Below are positions 23,353-31,886 of a stretch of 31,886 nucleotides of DNA, one piece after another. The number at the start of each line of letters is the position of its first letter. Positions within the stretch are counted from its first letter, which is position 1. A model generated the notes under the pieces. The model made no database searches and was not told the DNA's origin. It saw only the letters and a list, made by a program, of their open reading frames with translations. Origin of the DNA: Fonticula alba ATCC 38817 (taxonomy: Eukaryota > Protista > Nucleariida); the NCBI GenBank assembly GCA_000388065.2, contig KB932207.1. One strand, written 5' to 3'. Position numbers and translations under genes: made by a program.

Positions 23353-24089
23353 TTAGGCCTCGCCGAAGGCGCGGGCCTGGCCACCCTGGAGCAGACCAAC
23401 AATCAGCCCGAAGAGACCGATGGCGGAGGCGAAAATCTGGATGACCAGGGTCTTGACGAAGAGGGTGGCATCGTGGGCATCGGCCAGGGCGGTGCCGGAG
23501 CCGGCCACACCGACGGAGATACCGCACACAAGGTTGGTGAAGCCGGCCGAGAGGCCAGCGAAGAAGACAGCATAGCCTGAGAGGGGCGGGGTGCGGGGTC
23601 AGCCGATGTGGGTGTGTGTGTGTGTGTGTGTGCAGGGGAGGGGGGGGGGGAGAAAAAAAAGAAGAAGACAAAGGCCCAAGGCACGGGCGCATGCGCACCG
23701 GTGTAGTAGTCGGCGCGGGTGAAGCCCTCGTAGGCGACGGCGCCACCGAGCTTCTGAGAGTAGACAATGGCCAGAATAATGCCGTAAATGGCGACGGCCT
23801 CACACAGGACAATGGACAGGAGGTTCTTGGTGCGGACACGGGGGACCTTGACACCGGCACCGAGGATGGCCGCGCCGATGGTGTAGATACCCCAGCCGGC
23901 GCCGACCACCGAGAGGCCGATGCACAGGGAGATACCGAGCGTGGCCCAGGCGTAGGGCGAGATGCTCAGGAGGAAGTTGCCCACATCGAAGTACTGGCCG
24001 TCGCCGGTCAGGACCATGTAAAGGCCCAGGACGGTGGCCGCTGCGAGGGTGCCGACGATAACGGCGGAGGCGGTCTTGCCAGCGCTCAT
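23353..24089 (-). CDS. VMA16: V-type ATPase V0 proteolipid subunit c'' (Vma16/ATP6V0B), 204 aa
   Basis: Exons 24089-23699 and 23576-23353. Five hydrophobic helices; motifs [46 protein letters not shown] (essential Glu present) and [13 protein letters not shown]. Confidence 0.97.
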
Positions 24090-25179
24090 GGTGGCTGCGT
24101 GCGCGTGTATCCGGGGAGGGGGGGGGGGGGGGGGGGGGGGCGTGTGAGCAGGCGTGCGAGGCAACGCAGAGGATGTCGGGCGCAGGCGGTGCACAGGGCC
24201 GGACGTACATGAAGGAGGGGAGATGGGCGGGCCGAAGGCGAGGAAGGCAAGGGGGCGAGGGGCGAGAGGCGCGCGCGGGGGAGGGGGGGAGGGGCTGGCG
24301 GAGCGGGGAGGGGGAGGGGAGGGAGGAGGTGCAGGCCAGGTTTTGGTGCTGGGCAGGAGGCTGCGGCGCACTTCGGCTGATGCACAAAAGTGTGTTTCGG
24401 GGGCGCGCAGCGGTGCCTGGGCCGCCGGGGTGCCTGGGCACCGCCCGGGGGCAGAGTGCGGAGCCCAATCCTGCGAGCTTGGCTCTAGCTTNNNNNNNNN
24501 NNNNNNNNNNNNNNNNNNNNNNNNNNNNNNNNNNNNNNNNNNNNNNNNNNNNNNNNNNNNNNNNNNNNNNNNNNNNNNNNNNNNNNNNNNNNNNNNNNNN
24601 NNNNNNNNNNNNNNNNNNNNNNNNNNNNNNNNNNNNNNNNNNNNNNNNNNNNNNNNNNNNNNNNNNNNNNNNNNNNNNNNNNNNNNNNNNNNNNNNNNNN
24701 NNNNNNNNNNNNNNNNNNNNNNNNNNNNNNNNNNNNNNNNNNNNNNNNNNNNNNNNNNNNNNNNNNNNNNNNNNNNNNNNNNNNNNNNNNNNNNNNNNNN
24801 NNNNNNNNNNNNNNNNNNNNNNNNNNNNNNNNNNNNNNNNNNNNNNNNNNNNNNNNNNNNNNNNNNNCGGGGGCTGTGTGCATGGGTGTTGGGCCGAGGC
24901 CAGCCTCGCCCGGGGGGGGGGGACCGGCCGGGGTGGGGGAGCACCGTGTGGCCAGGCCCTGAGGCTGGGTAAGCCTTGGCTGGTCCGCCCCCCCCCCCCC
25001 CCGCGGCCGCTGGCGCCCTGGGATTGGGGCAGCGTGTGGCTGGTGCGGGAGCGCGTGCGGAAATGGTCCCGACCCGCCGGGGCAGAGGCGCCCGGGCCGA
25101 GGGCAGATGCGCCTGGGCCAACCGCCAGTCGGGCGTGTGGGAGGGGGGATCCGCCCACACACACGCACACACACGCATG

Positions 25180-25183
<4 letters not shown>

Positions 25184-25233
<50 letters not shown>
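25184..25233 (+). repeat. (CA)25 microsatellite, intergenic
   Basis: Read directly. Confidence 0.95.
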
Positions 25234-25238
<5 letters not shown>

Positions 25239-27039
25239 CGGGGGCGGCGCGCGCCGGCGATGTGTGGCCCTTTGGGGGGGGGGGACCGGATAACAACCCT
25301 CAGATGATAACTTGCCCCCTCCGCGCGGCGTGTTCCGGGGACTGGGGGGCTGCGAAAAAAAAAATGCCGCTCGCACCCAGGCAGCTCCCGTTCAAATATC
25401 CGGGAGATGACTGAGCGGGCGCACTTCCTTGCCGGACGGACGGAGGAGAGACGCGGGGGGGGGGACGAGCGGGAGACACCGGCGTCCGGCAGGCCGGGGC
25501 CCCACCTGACCTGGGACAGGCGCAGTGTGCCCGCCCCCGGCCCCCCGGCCCCGCCGCCTCCCTCACTCCCCTGGAGTGAGGGCCGGACCATACAGGGGGC
25601 GCGCGCCATGCCAGATCGCTGACGCTGATGCCACCAGCCGGCGCCGGCCCGGGCGGGGGAGCGGACACCGCGGAAACACCGGCCGTCGAGGCAGTGCAAC
25701 AGCAAGGCATGACCACGCCCATGGCAACACCCACACACCCACATACGGGCGCCGCACCGCGCCCGAGCGGCCGCCTGCCGTTTCCTTGCTGCCCCCGCGC
25801 CCCGGGGCCGAGCCGAACAGGCAGCGGGGCCGGGGCTCCCGGAGGAAACATTAGGGTACACACACCTCCCTCCGGGTGCGTCGGGCACTCGGGCACACAA
25901 CGGTCCTGCTGGGCCAGGGGGCGGGCGGGGGGGGGGGGGAGGCGCTTGTTGTTGTTTTTTTCGTGCGGCCTAGGGTTGTCGTGCGGCCTCCCGGCTGGCA
26001 CACGCCGGGCCGGCGCCGGATGGTCAGACGCGGCCCTCCACGCTTGCTGGAACCCTCGCAGGCGCGCGAGCGTGCCCCCGCCAGGCGCGCCTCCTCTCTG
26101 TCCCTCGCCCAATGTCCACACCGCGGCGCCGTGCCGCCCCCTCGCAGTGGCTCTCTGGCTCCCCGTGTGTCCCCACCGGCGCGGGGGAAAGAGCGCACGC
26201 CGGCCGGCCGGACCGCGGCTCGGAGCCCCACGCCCGGCCGCTGCTCGGCGGCCACAGTGACCAAGGATCCCTCTGCCCGGTGCTCGAACAGCACCCAGCG
26301 CTGGCAGATATACCCTAATTCTGAAGGCAGCCCCCCAGCACCCAAATAAAAAAGGCTCTTCCACGTCCAGCCCCGCGGCGCGCCCTCCGCGTCCGCCGCT
26401 CCCTTGTCCCGGCTCTTCCGGTCGCCCCCGCCGCCCTCTTTGCACCCCTCTCCATCCCGGCAGACTACTCACACTGGCCCAGTCCGCCGCCCGGCTCTTC
26501 CCCGGCGCGGTCGGGCCTTTCCCGGCTGCCCCTTTTTTTTTTTGCGCCCCGGCACAGCCGCGCCCGGCGGCATGCCCGCTTCCCGGTCCCTCGCGTCCAG
26601 GGCCATATCTCTCCTCGCGTGATTGTATTCCGCACGTGACACCCAGGTCACGCCCAGGGCGCCGGAGGCAGGCTCATCGCCTGCCTGCTGCCCTGCATCC
26701 CCCCNNNNNNNNNNNNNNNNNNNNNNNNNNNNNNNNNNNNNNNNNNNNNNNNNNNNNNNNNNNNNNNNNNNNNNNNNNNNNNNNNNNNNNNNNNNNNNNN
26801 NNNNNNNNNNNNNNNNNNNNNNNNNNNNNNNNNNNNNNNNNNNCCCCCCCCCCCGCGTGACGGGAGAGTCGCACAATACACGTCAGGGTAGATGATGTGC
26901 AGTCGATCGGCACGCCGCACATATATGCACGTATATTCACAAACACGATACACATGGGTGAGCACAGTAGAAAAAGGAAGGGAGAAAAGGGGAGAGGAGG
27001 GGGCGCGGAAGGAAGGAAGGAAGGAAGGCGGATGTGGCC

Positions 27040-28723
27040 TCAGGCCGGCCCGGAAAGGGCTCTAGCGGCCTCGCCGCCGGTGGACGGCCGACTGCCGCCG
27101 GGGCCGAAGCCACCATCACCATCTAGAAAGGCCGCCTGGGCGGAGAGGTCCCCCTCATCGAAGAGGTCCTTGACATCGGCGAGGTCGGCCATGCTGGTGG
27201 TGCCGGCCGGCTGCTCGGTGCCGGGGGGCGCGTGCTCGGCCGGCATCGCGCGCGAGGTGGTGGCGGTGGACGGCCGCCGACCGGCGCGTGCCGCCAGGCG
27301 AGAGGATGACCCGGCCGCGGGGGGGGGGATGCCATCGCCAGCCAACGAATCCACCAACAACAACTGCGCTGCCGAGGGGGGGGCGGCCAGAGAGGCACCG
27401 CCGCCATTGCTGGCGGCGGCTCCCGGGGTCAGGTACAATTGATCGAAGTAGGGCAATTCGCCGGCGGCAGATTCCTCGGCCGCGGCCATGCTCGGGTCCC
27501 CGGCCAGGGCCAGGAGCTTGGCACTGGCACTCGGCGGTCGCCGGCGGACCTGCTGCTGACAGGGGGTCGTGATGGCGGTGGCCGAGGGGCCGCTGCTCCC
27601 GATGCCGCTGGCCCCGTCCTCATCATCGACGTCGCTGGTGGCCGCCAACAGGTCGAGAGACCGCGACTCGGGCGGAGACACCTCGACCCCGGCACCGGCG
27701 GCACCCGTGGCCAACAGCAGCGGACGGGGACCGCCGCGGGAAATCGGCGACACCAGGCTGGCCAGGGGCTGCTCGGCGCCGGTCGGCGCAAAGAGCCCAC
27801 CCCGAGCCGGGGACCGGCTGGCGGCGGGGCCCGTGGCGACGGATGGGTCCCCGCCGGAGAAGGCCGCCGGGTCCGGGGTGGCCTGGTGCCGGAAGAAGTC
27901 CAGCCCGCCCCCGAGCGCGGGGAAGGGCGACGATTGGGGAAGCTCCAGCTTGTCGGAGGACCCCTCCCCGCCGCCGTTCATGCCGGGCCCGGTGCCGGCA
28001 ATCCCGGCGGCTGGCAGGCCACTTCCGCTGGCGAAATCCCGGTGGTGATCGAAAATGCCGGCACCCCGGCCGAGCCCGGTCCCCGGACGTCCGCCGCCGC
28101 CCGGCGACAGGACCAGCCCCGGTGGCTCGCCGGCCAGCGGGGAGCTTGAGAAAGACAGGCCGCCCGGGTGGTAGCCCAGCAGATGCAGGGCCGAAAAGGA
28201 GTCGCCCGCCGCGGTGGCGGCCGCCGAGGCACCGGCCGGCCCGGGCGACACCATCAGCCCAGGCCAATGCGAAGGGCCGGGACCCGGCGACCCGGGGGTC
28301 GCCCCGGCCAGGGCGGCGGCCGCCTGACGATCCGGCCGGCCGGCCGTCGGCGTGGAAAAGCCCAACTCGCCAAGATGGCCGGTGTCGCCGGCGCCATCGC
28401 CATCGACACCGGGGGTGTCGGCATCGGTATCGGCATTGGCCGAGGTGCGGTCGGCCGCGGCCAACGAGCCCGCATGCGGCCGAGACACCGGCTCCCCGGT
28501 GCCCAGCAGCAGCCGGATGCTGGCACTGACGTCCGCCTCGTTGACAGCCTCACCGGCCATCAGCAGACTGGTGGCCTCGAGGATGGTGGTGGCGGCGCCG
28601 GCCCTGGGGGTCGTCGCGTCGGCGCCGGCCGTGGCCGAAGAGCCCCGGCTCGGGCGCGACAGGAAGGACCCATGCAGCTGGGTCATGGTGGACGACAGTG
28701 ACCCGACGCCGCTGTCCGAACGG

Positions 28724-28765
<42 letters not shown>

Positions 28766-31700
28766 CCAGCCCCCGGCGAGGAGGGGGACAGGTCCACCCG
28801 CGTCGGCTGGCCGGAAGAAGACGACCGAGGGGTGAGCGCCAGGTCCTCCAGGGATCCCGGCCCCGAGGACAGCGAAGCAGACCCGGAGGAGCTCGAGGAG
28901 AGCGGTACACCGGCCTTCGGCGTGACAGCCTGGTCCTCGGGCGCCGAGATGGGCTCCTCCCCGGCGGCGATGGCCGGCTTCGGGGTGCTGGCCCCGGCCT
29001 CGGACGAGGCCATTGTCCCGGCGAAGTCGAAAAAGTCCAGGCCAGCAGCACCGGCCACGCCCGGCGACACGATGTTTCCATCGCCCGGGGTGTTCATCAT
29101 CATGCTGCTGGTGGCATCAGTCCCACCAGCCGGCAGCGCATGGCCCCCCTTGGCCACCGATGGCACCGGCGTCAGCGGCGGCATCGGCAACCCATCGGAC
29201 ATCGAGTCCTGTGCCCGGGCGCCGGAGGAACTGGAAGCAGCCGCGGCGGCCAAAGACGCGGCCGCGGCCACGGCAGCTGCTGCCGCCGCCGCCGCCGCCG
29301 CCGCCGCACTGGCCGAAGCCCCGGACCCACGCCGGCCATCCAGACCGCCATCGGCCACGGCGGCGGGCGAGGCGACGCTCGGGCCCATGAGCAGCGGGGT
29401 CCGAGCGAGGAACATCGGCGAGGAAGTCAAGGCACTGCGGTAGAAGTCCAGGGTGTGGATGCCGGCGCCGGCGCCAAGGATGCCCCCGGTGCCGGAGGCG
29501 GCCAGCGGGGCCCCGAGCCCGCCGCCCGGCAGCGGGGAGCTGATGGACAGAGTAGGCGAGGCCATGGGCCCGAGGTGCAAATGCCCCGCGGCATTCGGCG
29601 TATGCGTCAGCAGGGGCGTCAGGTTGGCCCCGGTCGAGGAGATCGGCACACTGGGGGTCAGGCTGCCAGCATGCAGGTGCTGCTGCTCGAGCTTGGTGGG
29701 CAGCGGGGTCCCAAGCAGCGGGTGCGGCTGGCCCAGGCCAAGAGCCGAGGAGGCATTGGTCGAGGCCCCGACGCCACCCGCGGCCGAGGACACACCGCCC
29801 GAGGACCCGCCCCCGGGGCCGGCCGCATCTGGCAGGAAGGCCACGGCATTGGGGGCCGGCATGCGGGCGCCGGCAGGGCGCCGGGGCCCGTCGGCCCCGC
29901 CGGTGCCACCCAAAAGGGCATTCTCCTCGCCGGACCGGCTGATGGTCTCCGAATCGTACAGCGACGACAGGGACGCCGGCGAAAGGAAGTCATGGTCCAG
30001 ATAGGAGGTGGCAAACATGCGTCCCGAGAGGAAGTGCCCCCCGCTGACGAGCGACCGCTGGTCCATGCCCAGCAGCGAGAGGTTGCACTGGGCCGGGTGC
30101 GAGGGATGGTGCGGGGGATTGTGCAGATGCTGCAGCGGACTCAGCAGGGCCGAGGAGAGGGTCAGCGGCGAGCCGCCGGCCAGGCCGACGGGCGGCGAGC
30201 GCGCCGTGGCCGCCGGCGCGTCGGCGGCCGCTGCCCCGCCATGTCGCCCATGGTGGGCGCCAGCCTGGAAGCCGGGGTCCTGGCTGCCAGCAGGGCCGCC
30301 ACCGCCGGCGGTGGGCTCATTCCCCCAGGTGGAGGCGGAAGCGGTGGCCGCGCGGGCGGTGGCCGCCGCCGCGGCCGCCGCCGCATGCGCAGCCGACGGC
30401 CCGGGATACACCGTGGCCGGGGCAACGCCACCATCCACCGGGGGGGGGCCACGCGTGACGACCGCCGCCGCGGCAAGATGCCCGAAGGGGTCATCGCCGG
30501 CCGGGTCACCGGTGGAGGATGTCACCCCACTGCCCGAGCGCGATGGCTGGAGAAGGCGATGTGTGCGCTGGTCGAAGCTGGACAGGCCGGCGCTGCCGGC
30601 ACCGCCGGCCCGGCTGGCGGTCGGCCCGGCTGGCTGGCCACCGACAAGGGACTCGCCCTGCTGCTCGGCCGACGCGGAGCCCATGCCCACGGTGGCACGG
30701 CCGCCGGTCCGGGACCGCGCCCGCTGCATCGAGCCGGCGGCCGGCTGCTCCGGGGGGGCAAGCGGCTCGGCAGCCGCCGGGTCGGCCGGCCCGCCGCCAG
30801 GACGGCCACCGGCATGCTTGTCCGCCACCGGGAAGAGCACGCGCGAGCGCTTGGACGGCGTGAGGATGTCCTTGTGCTCGGTGAAGAAGTCCTCGGTGGC
30901 GTCCCACAATTGGGCCGCGCCCGGGGTCCGGGGAGTCGAGGGCGACCGGGGGGACACGTCGCCCAGATTGGTGGCCGGGGCCCCGGGGCCGCGACGCGTG
31001 CGCTTGGCCGACTGCGGAGTCGACGGGGCCTCGGCGATGTAGGAGGCCCCCCCCCCGTGAGGGCCATCGAGGTCCCCGGCATCCGAAGGGGCGGATGCAC
31101 GCCGGCGGGTCGGCGAAGCCGGGGCCTCCTGCGCCAGGTGGCTGGCCCGTCCACTGGGACCGAGAGCCATGTCACCATCGTCGCCATCGTCATCATCATC
31201 ATCGCCGTCGTCGGAGCCATTGCGATCGTCGGAGCCCTCATCGCCGGGGGAGGCTGCGGCCGCGGCGGCGGCCGCGGCCGCCGAGGCCGACGTGGCCTGC
31301 TGGCGCCGCGAGGGGGCCGCCGGCCGGGCATGCTCGGCCGCATGCTCGGCATCACCCTGGGGCGGGGTGATGCTGGAGACGCGGGTCCGGGCCGTGGCCC
31401 GGCGCCGGCCCTTGGTGGGGCCCGTGCTGCCTGTGGCGGTGGTGACAGCGGCGGTGGCCGCCGGGGTGGTGGCCGCCGGGCTGGAGGTGCCGGTCGTCGG
31501 CTCGGATGCCGAGTCCGAGGGGCCCGGGGTGCTGGCCGCGCTGGTCGGGGTGTCGTCGGCGCCGCCGGTGTCGCCGGTGCGCGCGGCCAGGCCCAGACGC
31601 GGGCGCTGCCGGCGCATGCTGGAGTTCCACCGGTTCTTGACGGCGTTGTCCGTGCGGCCGGGGAAGTGCTTGGCGATGGTGGCCCAGCGGTTGCCATATG

Positions 31701-31783
31701 TGGCGTGGAGCTTGTGCAGCTTGGCATCGTCCTCCAGGGTCCAGGCATGCTTCTCGACCGTGGGACACAGGTGGTTGTGCCAC
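27040..31783 (-). CDS. c-Myb-like transcription factor, last exon only (gene continues beyond the window)
   Basis: CAG acceptor at 31786-31784, then a 4744 nt exon open to the stop at 27040. It begins [58 protein letters not shown] (end of one Myb repeat plus a full final repeat), followed by about 1500 aa of Ala/Gly/Ser/Pro-rich sequence. R2R3 versus 3R cannot be decided from this window. Confidence 0.93.
28726..28764 (-). repeat. (CAG)13 encoding polyglutamine in the Myb protein
   Basis: Pure CTG run on the + strand, in frame with the Myb ORF. Confidence 0.95.
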
Positions 31784-31886
31784 CTGCGAGCACGAGAGGG
31801 GGAGGGGGAGGGGGAGACGCAGAAGGCCGGGTTAGAGGAGGGGAGGGGGGAGACTGAGGAGGGAGGCGCGGCCGAGCAGGAGGCGG

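Noticed and set aside
25300-25414. GATGATAA...CTGA plus a CTCCCG/CGGGAG hairpin with GTTCAAAT, suggesting a C/D snoRNA or Pol III B-box
   Set aside because: Box C is non-consensus, there is no terminal stem, A-box or cloverleaf, and such short matches are expected by chance.
28723-31857. Long plus-strand ORFs (1044 aa and others) antisense to the Myb exon, and similar antisense ORFs over other genes
   Set aside because: These are shadow ORFs caused by stop-codon scarcity in GC-rich coding DNA; no domain features.

Overview
GC-rich, intron-containing eukaryotic draft sequence with 7 N-gaps and many poly-G/C and microsatellite tracts. An opisthokont protist such as Fonticula is my guess from composition and protein style only; I have not verified it. 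Most of the supplied ORF track is low-complexity noise. Splicing by hand gives seven genes whose exons join in frame across 19 GT-AG introns: an ankyrin-repeat protein (-, 5' end uncertain), a secreted S1/P1 nuclease (-), acetyl-CoA acetyltransferase/thiolase (+), ribosomal protein S11/uS17 (+), YIF1 (-), V-ATPase subunit c'' (-), and the 4.7 kb last exon of a c-Myb-like transcription factor (-). I found no tRNA, rRNA, CRISPR array or mobile element, and no convincing previously undescribed system. The most striking anomaly, a 172 bp duplication inside YIF1, is almost certainly an assembly artefact because an Illumina adapter sits at its junction. The best biological leads are a putative pro-segment on the nuclease, homologous intron positions in the ankyrin repeats, an unusual GTRYGY donor consensus, an E-to-Q change in V-ATPase c'', and two weak structured-RNA candidates.
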